NCBI RefSeq assembly: GCF_009914755.1
Contig: NC_060929.1
Length of the DNA: 64,000 bases
Source: the human T2T-CHM13v2.0 reference genome, Homo sapiens
Strand: one strand, 5' to 3'
Shown here: positions 12,853 through 26,277 of the stretch, piece after piece
Numbering within the stretch: the stretch's first letter is position 1
Layout: each line of letters opens with the position of its first letter
The notes under the pieces: generated by a model
Told to the model about the DNA's origin: nothing
Databases searched by the model: none
What the model saw: the letters and a program-made list of their open reading frames with translations, nothing else
Program-made: the position numbers and the translations under genes

Positions 12853-15222
12853 CTCCGGCGGCACCGCGAACCGCGAACAAAGCCGCGGGTCTGGGGCCCC
12901 CAGCGCGCCTAGGGGTGGCGTGAGGCCGCATCGATCGGGGGATTTCAGCTTCTCCCAGAGAGGTGTCACCGGCGAGCTAGGCGGGGGCCTAGCACAGCCG
13001 CGCGTCTCCGGCTTGGGTCCGCCGCCCGCCGAGGCCTGGCCGTGCAATGGCGGGGCCCAGCTAAGAGTGGGCAAGAGGGTAGAGGGGAAACAGGCACAGA
13101 AGGGTCCCGGCTCCGCTAGGCGGGCTGGGCCTAGGCTGAGGTCCCGGCGGGGAGGAAGGAGTGCGCCGCCCCGTCTTCCCTCCAGACCCCCACCCCATCC
13201 CAGCTCAGAATCGCGGACTTCCAAGAGCCCTGCACAGAAGCCCGCGGCTGGCAGCTGCAATCACTGACTCCGGCTGTCCCCGGAACATCCCTAGAAAGTG
13301 TGAGGCTGAGTTTCCGTAGGGGGAGGGGGCTGAGAAGCCGCGGGGAAGCCTCACGAACGGGACAGCTCCAGGCTCCCTCTCTCCCTCACTCCCCGGGTTC
13401 CGCCCCCACCTCCAGAGAAATCCCAGACGGCAGAGAAGGCAGGGGGGAGGGGGCGACCCAGACAGCAGGTTGCGAACTCGGCTTAGACCTGGGAGGTTGC
13501 AATTAGCAAGAAAAAAGGTTGAGGGCGTCTGTGAAGCCGGGAGGTTCCCAAACAGGGAAGCCAGTTCCGCGGCAGGAAAGCATACGTGGAAGAGAAACCT
13601 TTTCTCTGAGAGCTGAGGCTGGGAGGGCCCTCGGATCACGTGACACTCTAGATCACTGATTGTCTCCGCGGAAGACAAGGCCTAGGGGGCAGGGGTGATT
13701 CGCCCAAGGTCACTCAGCAATTTAGTAGCAAAGCTGGGCCTAAAACCCGGGCTCTCTAACTCCTGGGCCTGTTGCATAACATTCATAGAGAAGTCTTTTA
13801 AAATCCCAGATGCAAGGAGAATAGCAGAGTGGTTTACTTACTAGCATATGACCTTGGGCAAGTGACTGTCTGAGACTATCTTCAGCTATTAAAGAGGAAT
13901 GAGAAGATTAATAATACCCACTTCGATGAGAATTTAATGAGAGAGCCATGTAATGAGCTTAGTGGCACATAGTAAATGCTCAAAAAATGGTAGATCCCAT
14001 GACTGCTATCATACTTTCTGTAAACTTGTACTGGGGACCTATTATATACCAGGCACTGGCTGTGCACTGGGGAGGCAGAGAAGTAGCTTGAGGAGGTCAC
14101 AGGCCAGAAAAGGAAACAAACAGTTGCAATATGTTATGATAAGTATCAAGGCAACTGGGCTGTGGGATCTCAGAAGCAGGAGTCACGAACTGTAAGGAAA
14201 GACGAGGAAAATGACCCCAGGCAGACAGAGCTGTGTGTCAAGGCCAAGAGATGTGAAGTCCCAGCCACCAAGGCAATGTCACTGTGCCAGAGGGTCCTCA
14301 GGATGTGGACTGAAAGATGAGAGTGGAGAGAAAGGCTGGAGCCGGTCTCCAAAGAGCCTTTTATGGATGGAATCCTTCAAACATATTTAGAAAAATAGAA
14401 AGAATAGTATAATAACCCCCCACATACCCATCATTCAGCTTCAACAGTTGGCCAATTTTGTTTCATTTATACCCACACCCACTCTCATCACACACACCCA
14501 CATCCACTCTCATCACATGCGCACACACTCACACTGACTTATTTGGAAGCAAACCCAAGACATCACATCATTTCATACAGAGGGATTTTAACATCAGTAC
14601 AACTTCTGCCATGCAGATACTGGACAGCCTTGGAAGTCACTAACTCAAATCATGACCTTTCTACCTCAATTCATTCTGAACATTTCTGTCCTTTGCAGAA
14701 TGTTTTGAGAAGCCACACTATAGTGATGAGCCACATGCATTAAAAGAAACTGTTTCAGAAATAAACAAGGGATGCATCAACACTCAACAGGTTTTACCAT
14801 GCCAGAATTGTTCATGTCCACTACCTACACTGGGCTTTAGACCAATTACTAAAGACAAATCAAACTCTACAGAGAAAAAGCAAGAGCTTCTCTTTCAAAG
14901 TAATCTGAATCGTGAGTTCCTAAGGCTAGAAAGCTTAGCATTATGGAAATCATTGATTTGGAAATCATCAAGCCCAATAGCCACATTTTACAAATGAGGA
15001 AGAGGGGGTAAAAAATGGGGAGAAATTGGCCCAAAGTTCCATGGTGCAGAGACCAGAACCGAGATCTTTGAACTCATAAACTTAAGATCCCATTTTCTTC
15101 TCTAGCTCAAAGAGGCTGGAAGGTGGAAAAGGAAGGGGGGCAAGAAATACCCTTCTTTGTTCTCAAGAAGATGGCAATGTATGACAGTTGGTCTTGATCT
15201 TTGAGATCCCTTTGCAAATTTC

Positions 15223-15269
15223 ATATATATATTTATATATATTTATATATATATATATATATATATATA
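15223..15269. repeat. (TA)n microsatellite
   Basis: Interrupted TA run abutting a truncated Alu. Confidence 0.9.
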
Positions 15270-15527
15270 GTAATCACAGCTTACTGTATCCTCAAACTCC
15301 TGGGCTTAAGGGGTCCTCCCTCCTCAGCCTCCCAAGTGGTTAGGACTACAGGCATGCACCACCATGCCCAGCTATTTTTTTTATTTTTTTTATTTTTATT
15401 TTTTTTGTAGAAATGGAGTCTCACTATGTTGCCCAGGCTGGTCTCAAACTCCTGGGCTCAAGTGATCCTCTTGTCTCACCTCCCTAAATGCTGCTGGGAT
15501 TAAAGGCATGAACCATCCCACCCAGCC
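15270..15527 (-). mobile_element. AluJ, truncated
   Basis: CTCAAACTCCTGGGCT.., GTCTCACTATGTTGCCCAGGCTGG. Confidence 0.85.
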
Positions 15528-16091
15528 CCTTCCATATACTTTCTAAGTAACTTGATCTTGGTGGCACCTTCTTTCTGGCTGCTGTGTTAACCTCCCAGCT
15601 GGCCCCTTAGTTCTCATGAGCAAAAGGCTGCACAGTCAGAAGCCCAGATCTCATTTTTGTGGATTTTTGCCAGCCCTGCTTTTCTTAACCAGATGCATAT
15701 GAGGCCTTCCTTTTCCGATTTGCCCTGAATTTGGCTGCACACCTAGCTCACAGACCTCAGCTCCTTGGAGGTGCTAAATGAGTAGTATTTGGCTCAGGCT
15801 CTGGAAGGACTCAGAGCTCTTGTGCCTTTTGAGAACATAAATTCTCCCCATTACTGATGAAATGTGATGGCCATGATGGGTATGTGTGTCCTGACTGGGC
15901 TCTGGGGCTCTGATTCTGCCAGTCAGGCTTTCCACTTTTCAGGGAAGCCCCTGCCTATCAAATGGGGAGGGCAGTGTCTCACAAGTTTCCCCAAGTCTTA
16001 GGTAGAAAATTCAGAGCACACGCAAAGAGCTCTTAGCATCCTTGGTGAAGGGAAGTCAGCCATTAAAAGCCAATAAGAGCCAATAAAAGTC

Positions 16092-16194
16092 CCCTTGAAC
16101 CCAGGAGGCGAAGGGTGCAGTGAGCTGAGATCATGCCACTGCACTCCAGCCTGGGCAACAAGGCAAGACTCTGTCTCCAGAAAAAAAAAAAAAC
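16092..16194 (+). mobile_element. 5'-truncated Alu (3' part of right arm)
   Basis: CTTGAACCCAGGAGGCG..GCAGTGAGCTGAGATC..GCACTCCAGCCTGGGCAAC followed by A tail. Confidence 0.85.
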
Positions 16195-16394
16195 AAGTGC
16201 CTTGTTCTGGGAGTGTGATTGCAGTCCAGACATAGACAAGTGATCAAGATAGGGCATCCCAGCTTGTGAAATTATCCCAGCTATCAGCTTGGGATGAGAC
16301 TGACTTAGATGCAGTATATTACCTGGGCCTAGCTGAACTGCAATATGTAAGATCCCAAAGGGACTTGGTGAGCATCTCCTCTTCCTTCAAGACG

Positions 16395-16930
16395 CTTACT
16401 CATTGAATGGCTATTCTGTGTCGGGCACCATTCCAAGTGATGGTGATACAGCAGAACAAGGCATGCTAATCTCTGTTCTCATGGGGCTTACAGACCCACA
16501 GTAGGCACAGTCATTGATAACAATTGAAAAGCAAATGTGAAAATAGACAGACAGAGAAGGCCTGTGTGAACTAGTGACATGGAATTGAGGCCTGAATGAC
16601 AAGAGTCAGTCATGTGACAACGTGGGGCAGCACACTCCAGGCAGAGGAAATCGCTCTGGCAGAGGCCCTAATGTGAGCCTGGACTGCATGGGGACAGATG
16701 GGAGGTGGAGTGAGTGAGGGGAGAGCAGCAGCCGCCAGGGGCAGGGAGGGGGCAGAGAGGAGATCATGCAGGCCCTTCTAGGCCATGGTCAGGATTGAGG
16801 CTTTTATTCTAAATGTAATAGATAGTAGCCAGATGGCTTTAAGCAGAGGAGTGTTAAAAAAAAAAAAAAAAAAAACTGGGTTTTAAAAAAATGCCTCTGT
16901 TGCTGTGTGGAGAGTGGATGATATGGGGGT
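16395..16930. mobile_element. L2 LINE fragment
   Basis: GGCACCATTCCAAGTGATGGTGATACAGCAG.., GGAGATCATGCAGGCCCTTCTAGGCCATGG..CTTTTATTCT..TTTAAGCAGAGGAGTG. Confidence 0.65.
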
Positions 16931-18408
16931 GCTGGGCTGAGCACTGAGGCAGGAAGGGTGAGACACAGCCTCTCCCACCTGGAGGAGGTCAGCATTCAGC
17001 TGAGGAGACCATAGGCAAGCAAGAACAACAGTAGCCCACGCTAAGGGCTGCCATTGTGGGAACAGAGACAAGAAGATTTAAGTCAGCCTGGGAAGCATCT
17101 GGGAAGGCTTCATGGAGGTGGGCAATGGATGTGGGATTGTATCTGGGAAAGGAGAGTGGTAAGGCTGCTGCACAGGTGGACCAAGGGGCAGCGTGTGGTA
17201 GCTGTGGAGGGCATGGCCCAGGAGCTAGGCTGCCTGGGTTCAAATCCCAGCCCTGCCATTGAGAAGCTGTGTGGGTTTAGGCAAGTTGTTTACCCTTGTG
17301 TGACTCGATGTCCTCATTCTTAAAGTGGAGACGATGAGAGTCCAAAGACTTATTTCAAGGGATTTCTGTGAGAGTTAAACAAGTTAAAATATGTGCAGCA
17401 CTCAGACATTCCTGGCACTCAGAAAGTGCCGTATGAGTACGAGTATTCTAAATAAAAACGGAGCAAAATGGAGATGGGCGAGCCGGGAGCACATGCCAAG
17501 AAGTGTCCACTAGAGCCCGGCTCGGGGCCTCGAATCCCAGACCAGAGATGCCCACCTTGCTCTGTAAGCAATGGGAGCCATTGAAGACTTTTAAGCAGGG
17601 GGGTTCAGAGTAGAGAGGAAGATAAAATCCAAAGGCCCAGAGAGGGAAGGGAACTAACCCACAGTCACACAGCCAGTTACTGGCAGGAGTCTCTGTCCTC
17701 CAGCTCCTCCACTGAGTTAACATCTGTAGGAGAACAAAGGCAGTATATATTTTGTCCCATCATTGCATCCTCAGAGTCTAGAATAATGCCTAGGGTATTC
17801 TCAGAAAATATTTGTGGGGTACATTGCTGAATTGGTAGCCAGTTGGGCCAGGAAACATCAGAAACCTTGAATCCTCTAGAAGCTCAGTGCTTTCAGGACA
17901 ATGGTGAAACCAGTCTCAGGAAAATAAACCAAACTTCCAGAGGTGTTGACGTGGGGTCTCAAGCCCTTCCAAATCCTAGGTCCTCCTGTGATCAAAGACA
18001 CCACTGCCCACACTTTCCCTGCCGCCCCCTCAATCTGCAACAAGCATTGCTGCATAGGGTTCAGAAGTTAATCTTGGTAAAGTGCCTGGCAGATGAAAAC
18101 TGTTCCTCAGACATTCAGTGTGGTAATTGCCAATGCGGAGAAAATGTATCTCCACGTTTGCAAGAGGCAGGCCTTTTTGTTCCACAAAAACCAGCCATTA
18201 GAATTCCTGTCTCTGACTCGTCGGAAGCTGCGACAGCCAGGAGGGCAAGCAGGGTCTTGCAGTTCAAGCAGCAAATGGCAAAAGGCTCCGAGGAACTCAG
18301 CCCTGGCTCTCACATCAGGAACACCTCTGCAGAGTAGGGCATGAGGCCAGGTGCTTCTCCAACAGGAGAGAGCCTCAGCCCTGACCCTTCCTAGCTGGAC
18401 GATCTTGA

Positions 18409-18849
<441 letters not shown>

Positions 18850-19683
18850 TGACAATAACACTGTGGGTTAGGGTTATCATCCCATTTCCCAAATGTGAAA
18901 ACTGAAGCCCAAGGAATGGCTCATTGATTCGTCAATACCCACTGGGCAGCTGTATGAGCCAATAACTGTTTTAGAAGCTGGAGAGACAGGGAAGACGAAG
19001 ACAAGGACCATGCCTCTATGGAGCTCACTTTCTACTGGGAGACAGAAGCCAGGCAAGTAAACAAAATCATTTCACCAAGTCATATAAATACTAGGAAGAA
19101 AGTAAAAGAGAGGAGTGTGCCGAGGAGGATGAGGCTGTTTAAATCAGGGAAGGCTTCAAGGAAGAGGCATTGGGACTGGCATCTGAATGAGAAGCTGCCT
19201 ATGGGACAAGCGTGGAGGCAGAAGAAACAGAACATGCAGAGGTCCTAGGGCAAAAACAAACCTGACAAGATTGCAGGATAGAAACCAAGTGAGCAAGGAG
19301 GAGAGTCACAGACGGTGACAGCGGAAAGGCTGTAAGGCTTGGGTTAGGCAGGACCTTGAAGGCTGGGGGAGTCTCTTTGGGAGACAGAGGGGTGGCGTGA
19401 TCTAAATTGTGATGAAGTCACTTCCCTCAGTCACTCAGCCAGTAAGGGGTGGATGGGGTGAAGCCCATGTCAGAGTGATCCCCTGGGCCCTCCTTCAGGC
19501 CACAGTCCCTGCTGCCATCTCTAGAGCAGGTCAGCCAAGGGGCAGGCCAAGTGATGCATCTGCAGGACTCACCTGCTGGGAAATAAATCCATTGGCGCTG
19601 GCGGCCGTGTGGGCGCTGCAGTGCCTTGCGGGCAGCATCCTAATGCCGGGAGGATGCAGGGGGAGGGAGACGACATAAGGCCA

Positions 19684-19885
19684 CCAGGACTGGGGTGAGG
19701 CCAGTAAGACACCTGCCTCTGGTGCACAATTTAAGGGGATGCTGAAAACTTGATTAAGATAAATAACTTTTTATGCAATTTTTTTTTAAATTAATGCAAA
19801 AAAACCGTGATGAATAAAATATCAAAATTTTAAATCAAGACAGGATACAAAAGAGCAGGGATTAGGGTGAGGAAGGTGAAATGAA
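19684..19885. mobile_element. hAT DNA transposon relic, MER96B-like
   Basis: GGGTGAGG..CACCTGCCTCTGGTGCACAATTTAAGGGG..AAGATAAATAA..AATTAATGCAAAA..AAAATATCAAAATTTTAAAT..GACAGGAT. Confidence 0.65.
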
Positions 19886-20279
19886 TTGTGCATAAGCAGG
19901 ATCTAATCTTGGCCCGAAGACATTTGCTTAACTGCAGGGACACTGCCTGGGCCAAGCACTGTTCCCACTAGGAGCCAGTATCAAGAGCCAGTCTGCTCAT
20001 GGTGAACCAAAAATAAGAAACTGTTCCTGGTGGGGGCCCCAGAGAACACTGCCTGCCTTGGCTGTGGAGACAGAAGCCCAGAGAAAGGATCACACATCAA
20101 GGAGGTGATACTGGGCCTGTACCCTAAGGTGCTGTGTAGGATCAGACCCACCCCTTGTATGCTTTGGGAGCCTAGTAAGGTGCATTGCCTCTCCAGCCTC
20201 AATTTCCCCATCTGTGAATCCAGAACTAATAAAACTTAGTCACCAGGATTCAGTAGGGTACTGGTTAAAGTCCTCTAGC

Positions 20280-20460
20280 GCCTGGCTACTCAATGTGTGG
20301 TCCACGGACCGGCAACATCAACATCAGCTGGGAGTTTATTAGAAATGCACGATCTCAGCTGCATCTCAGAGGCATTGAATCAGAACCTGTGTTTTAACAA
20401 GACCCCCCGGTGATTGACACACCCCGGTGATTGACACACACGTTTAAGTCTGAAAGCCTG
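20280..20460. mobile_element. MER5A (hAT-Charlie MITE)
   Basis: TGTGGTCC..GGACC..CATCAGCTGGGAG..TTAGAAATGCA..GAATCAGAA..TTTTAACAAGA..GGTGATT. Confidence 0.8.
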
Positions 20461-22194
20461 GTCAACTCTTGGCACATAAAAGATGCTCATTAAATGTTAG
20501 TGCTACTCCCCTGACTACCCAACCCTGTTAGATTCTGACTTCAGACAAGAGGAAAAACCCAAGACGTAAGAAGAGATCCTGAGGTGGACACCTCATGCAT
20601 TTTAAACCAGCAAGTTTTGAAGCGAGGGACCCTGGCCAAGCTGTTTCTATACTTAACTGTATGAGCCCTCCATTTTGTTCACATGTAAAATGGGGATAAT
20701 AATTATAGGTAGCTTCTATGGTTGTTGTAATATTAGGAAAACACTCAGCACAATGCTTGGCACATAGTAAGCATTCGGTAAACTCTTGCTGCTGTGGCCG
20801 CTGCTGGTGGTGGGTCAATGAATTTCAATAGAGCATAGACCATGTGATGAAATGAAATCAATAACATTCATATTAATTATTCTTTGCCATTTGTAAAGCA
20901 TTTCAGTTGACGCCATTTCAGCCAACCCTAATAACCCTTTTGAGTAAGCATAAGATATATCCATTTTTCAGAGAAAAAAATCTAGACTCAGGGATGAGGT
21001 GACTTGTCCACTAGGATTTAAATCCCTGGAGTCTGACACTAAAATCTGTGTCAGCAACAGAGAATCCGAGCAATAAGCATGGAAAATATAAAAAATGGGA
21101 TGAGACAGCATTAGACTGCAGAGATCCCTTTTTGTTTTGCAGAAGGGAAAACGGACACCTGTGGAGGGGAAGAAACGTGTCCAAGATCATTCACACAGAG
21201 CGTCAGCTCTGGGGTCAGAACCCAGCTCCCAAGGCTTTCCGTGTCCAGACCACCTCCCTCACCTGGTTGGCCAGCCTCCACCTGATGAGCCGGGCAGGCT
21301 GCAAGTGGCAAGTTCCCTGGGTGGGTCTAGTGGTCAGGGGGCATCCCAGCCCCACCTTTCCTTCCAGCACAGTCAGAGGAGCTCACGTTGCCAAGGGGAG
21401 GGCTGCGAGGTTGCCAGGACATGGTCTGCAAGCAGTCAGGTGGTAGGGGAAGCCTTTGCTGGAACTGGCACTAGGAGCTGCCACAGCGATTTTCTCGTGG
21501 CTGGGAGAGGACCTCCAACTCCACAGCATGGGTCAGCTGATGAGAGGGTTGACTGCCACAGACGCCCATGTCACCGCTACACACACACCCAAGCCAGCAG
21601 GCTGAGTCCCATTCTCCCTCAGCTCCACACCTCATCAAGCCCTGAGTCCTGATAGCTACTCCTCCTATCTTTGCCACCCCAAGCCACTGCCTTAGCACAG
21701 TTCCCTGTCCACAGCCTGTTAAGAGCACCCCAGATTCCCCACCTTCATGCTCCCTTTCTCATCCTTGAGCCCCTGAGGTGCCTGGAAGGATCTAGAGCGC
21801 AGAGCTGAGCCCTGCAATGGCTCCCCATCACCCTCAAGGTGAAGCCCAAGCTCCTCTAAGGCCCCTTCTAAACTGGCTCTGACAACCCGCCAGTCTTTTT
21901 TTTTTTTGGCCCTGAGGCTCCAGCCAAGCCACCTTCCTCCCAGTTCCCTCAGTAAACCATGCATCCCCCGTGTCTTTGCAGATGCTGTTCCTTCTGCCTG
22001 GAAAGCCCTTCCTGCCTCACTATCCACTTGGCCTCTGCAAATCCTTAGCTCCAGACTCACCTTTTCAGAGAAGCCCTCCAGCTTCTCTAAGGTGATGAAG
22101 AGAGAGGCACCTTAGAGAAACCTGTGTTAGAGGGGGTGACACACTGTAGCTTAAGGATCTGCTTTCCTGCTCGTGTCCCCATTCGGCTGTGAAC

Positions 22195-22498
<304 letters not shown>

Positions 22499-23384
22499 TC
22501 AGCTATGAAGTTTTTATGTCTCACTCTTAGAGTAAGACAAGAGACCTTGGCAGAGTCATTCTCCTACTTAGTTACTCACGGGTTTCCACTGTGCGAGATC
22601 AAGGCCTCTCTGGGCCTCCGTGCCATCCTCTGTGTGGTAGGGGTTATGACATTGGCCTTGCCAGGCTAGCGGGAGTGTTAAGGATTGTGACTGTGGGGGT
22701 TTGGCACACAGTAAATACACTGAAGGTGGTGGCATTGCTGTTTTGTTTACACCAACACCACCAGTGCCCAGCACAGAGGCACAGAAAACTCACCAGCAAG
22801 TGCGTGCTCAACGGGCCCCTCGCCTGCACAGGAGAATGACTAGTGTGTGAAAAGGCTCTGTAAGGAATGACGCTCCATTCTAAGTCATAATAATTCTAGT
22901 AGTTCACGCTTTTGATTCTCCCTGCCTCCTAGACCCAAGTCATCCCAACATGTGTTCTGCCCACTCTTCATTCATGGAACAAAAGTTTACTAAGCACATA
23001 CTATGTGCCAGATGACGCGCTAGCTGTTTGGGACTGAGCAGTAGGTAGACATTAAACACAGAATTGTACCACCTCTCCTTCTTTCCTTCCCTTCTTAAAG
23101 GCCAGCCTCCTGTCCCTGCACACAGGTGGCCCCACCTAAGGACAGGGAAGATGCCATTTGCTCCCAGGTGCTCATTCCCTGGGCAGACAGCAGGCTGCAG
23201 CCCACAGGCGCCTACCCTTTCTCCCTCCCCAGCAAGCTGGAAACAGGAACATCTGCCCTGTTTTTAATCCAGTTGCTAGTTTTAAATTCAAATATTGTCA
23301 GCTCCCTGAGAGCAGGGATCATGCCTGCCCTTTTCACTGCAGTTGTCACCAGCATTTAGAACACAGCCTGGCAGAGTCATTCAC

Positions 23385-23423
23385 CCACTTACTCATTCAT
23401 TCATTCATTCATTCATTCACTCA
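23385..23423. repeat. (TTCA)n tetranucleotide repeat, probable L2 tail
   Basis: CTCATTCATTCATTCATTCATTCATTCACTCAAC. Confidence 0.8.
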
Positions 23424-24687
23424 ACATATACTTATCAAGTCCTGCTAAATGCCAGGCTCTGGGGAAACCACTGGGCTCGGCCCCAAGAAGCTCCTATTCC
23501 AGCAAAGGAAGAGGGGAGGGAAGTGGGGGTCTGAGGATTGTGTTAGGAGGTAACCGTGCCTGGAGTGGGCTGATCCCTGTGGGAATCCCTGATTCACTCT
23601 ATACTGTCTCCCTGATCTGGGCCAACCGTTCATGCCTCTCATCCTTAGTCCTCACCTCTGCAAGTGAGACAATAGTATCTGCTTCCTGGAGCCACTGAGA
23701 GCAGGGCTATGGTTACTAAAAGAAGAGGAAATAGAGAGCTGGGGGAGGAGGCGACAGGTTGTCCTGGGAGGACATTGCAGCCCCTTCAGTTGCTGGGGCC
23801 TTGGTGCCCCGCCCAGTGGGGGCCTGGCTGCAGCAGAGAGCAAGAGCTGGAGAGAGAAGAGTTCCAGCTCCACACCTACCCCTGTGTGATCTTAAGCAGA
23901 CCATCTCCCCCTCTCCGCATCAGTATTTTCATCTATCAAATGAGGATGGAACATCGACCTCACTCATCCTAAATATGTGATACCAAATCTAGCAAACTTG
24001 TCACGATGCTCAGTCAACAATTATTTACTGGCACCTACAATCTGCCCGGCCCCGTGCAGAGCTCTGGAAACAAAGTCATGTAACGGCCAACCTTTGCCTT
24101 TTACGGAATGCATGGTGCCCCCTAGAATCAAGCAGAGGAAGGTAATTAAAATTTAAGGAGCTATAGTGTAAAAAAAAAATCTTCACAGACGTGGTCTTAT
24201 TTAACAACAGCAATCATAACAAGCACTTATATAGCACTGAGTATATGAGGCCAGTAGTATTAGGCATCCCATTTTACAGATGAGGACACTGAGGCTCAGA
24301 GAGGACATCCCCAAAGCTGGAATTCAAAACCAGATATGATTGATGATAAATCCTGTCCCTTTACACCAATCAGAAATCACATTTAAGTAAGAAAAGTATG
24401 GTCAATTGTACTACCACCAAAGTACGGTCAATGGTACAGTGCTACCCGCACCAGTGAACAAGATGAGTAACTACTATCAGATTGGGTGAGGTGGGCCAGG
24501 AGTTGGGTCTGATGCCAGGCAGGGTCCCATCCCGCCCAGCCCTTTGCTGGAATCAAGAGCAGCAGTGGTGGCCTCCGGAGAAGTGAGGGCATGCCTTCAC
24601 TGGGGTCTGGGGCTCCATGCCCATTCAGCAAGCCAATTCCCCAAGAAGCTCTCTCCTTAGCCCTCAACCTCCTCTCTCCTCCTCCAG

Positions 24688-24767
24688 GAAGGTGTGGTCC
24701 CTGCCATGCTATCTGCTCTGCTCAGCGACTGAAGGTGCCCGCATCCCAGCTCTGCCAGGAAGCAAAG
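24688..24767 (+). other. CPLX2: 80-nt non-coding second exon (5'UTR)
   Basis: Strong acceptor CCTCCTCTCTCCTCCTCCAG|G and donor AAG|GTAAGG in unique sequence; sequence, 80-nt length and ~12.2 kb distance from exon 1 fit the recalled CPLX2 structure. Confidence 0.75.
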
Positions 24768-26277
24768 GTAAGGGCACTGCTCAGCACTAAAGCCCTGGAT
24801 AGTGTTCAGGGCATCCCCTCATCCCTGGAGCCCTGATGAAGGGGGCACGTCTTCCCCTCTGTGATTGCCAAGAACAGTCCTAAGATGGAGTGAGATGGAT
24901 CAGTTGGGCAGTGTGATGGAATGGTGTTTACCTTGCATGTTCAGAGCCGTTTACAACAGAGAAGCACTTTCTTGTGCAATGCCTTATTCAGTGCTCCCCA
25001 AAAAACCTGAGGTGGATATTATTATCCCCAGTTACAGATGAGAAAACTGAAGCTCAGAGAGTGAAAGGACTTGCCTAAAGACACACAGCTGGTAGGTAGC
25101 TAAGGCTGAATTCCAAGCTTTTTCATGTCCGTATCCCAATGGCCTGTGCACATTGTAGGTGCTTGGTACATGTTTGATGAATGAATGAATGAACTGATGA
25201 ACTGCCCAAGATGAATGGAAAGGCAGGGCTGGGCTGGCACTTGGCTCTCTTGTCACTGTCAGATCCTGTGCTTTTTCTGCTGAGCCACGGCTTCCTGCAC
25301 TGATGAGCTCAACATCCCCCATGCCACCCCCTCCCCAGCCCAGGATCCCAACCATCTTATGGGTGGAGGAGTCAACCTCAGCTCCTCTTCCAGGTGGCCG
25401 GCCAAGCTCGGATCACACCCGGCATCCCTCATCCACATCGCCTCTTCCCCACCACCCACGACCAGTAATCCAGTGTGCATAGTTGTAAACTTGTTTCTTT
25501 AAATAAACAGTCTTGAGTTTCATACCAAATAGTCTCTTAAGAGAAGGAACGTCTCCAGGCCACCTCGTATTTAGCATACAGTGAGCCACATATTTGCACA
25601 GAGAGAGTGTATGTGGATATAGAGATCGCTCGATCGCTATAGATATCGTTGCTCATCCAGATGGGAGCTATTTATGATGCTGAGTCATTCGCAGAGAATG
25701 CCACTGAGGAATTCCAGGCTGGGCTCCGAGCCCCAGCATCACAGACCTCATGGCTCTCTGCCTTGTCTTCACTGTTCACAAATGAGAGGTGGGAGGGGGG
25801 CCTCCCATCACAGGGCAGGGACAGAAGGGAACATTTTGGCCACAGGAAATGAAGATTTCCTCATAACTAGTTCCTACTGTAAGTCATTCTCCTCCATCCA
25901 GAGCCTTGCACCCTTAGGGATCATCTTGTCCAATTCCTTCATTGTGTAGGAGAGAAAACTGAGACCCAGAGTGGGGAGGGACTGGCCCAGTGTCACACAG
26001 AGAGTCGGGGACAGAGCTGGTGCTAAAGCCCAGACCTTCTGGCTGCTGTCTGGGGTTTCCACATTCCCAGCAACCTTCTTCAGGTTTTGTCTCCAATGTC
26101 TTGGCATTTCCTCTCACTGAGGAGCTTCTCATCTTCCAAAATTTGGAGATGTCACTGAGCACTTGCACCTTTGGGCTCTTGCAGGACAAGAGCTGACTCC
26201 AGCTTGTTTGGGTACTCCAGCCCCATGCTTAGTGCAAGACCTGCACACACTGGCTGCTCAATACGTGTGTACTGAGT

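Larger units (their letters stand above)
12150..13700. promoter_or_regulatory. CPLX2: CpG island promoter, likely the distal promoter of CPLX2
   Basis: Abrupt GC-rich, CpG-dense block free of interspersed repeats; GC boxes; E-boxes CACGTG at 12338-12343 and ATCACGTGAC at 13635-13644. The island is certain; the gene name is from recall. Confidence 0.8.

Noticed and set aside
12084-13678. Many overlapping 90-250 aa ORFs in the CpG island
   Set aside because: Stop-codon scarcity in GC-rich DNA; mostly non-ATG starts, low-complexity composition, no recognisable domain
17843-18337. 164-aa ORF in unique intron 1 sequence
   Set aside because: TTG start, no recognisable homology, no convincing flanking splice sites
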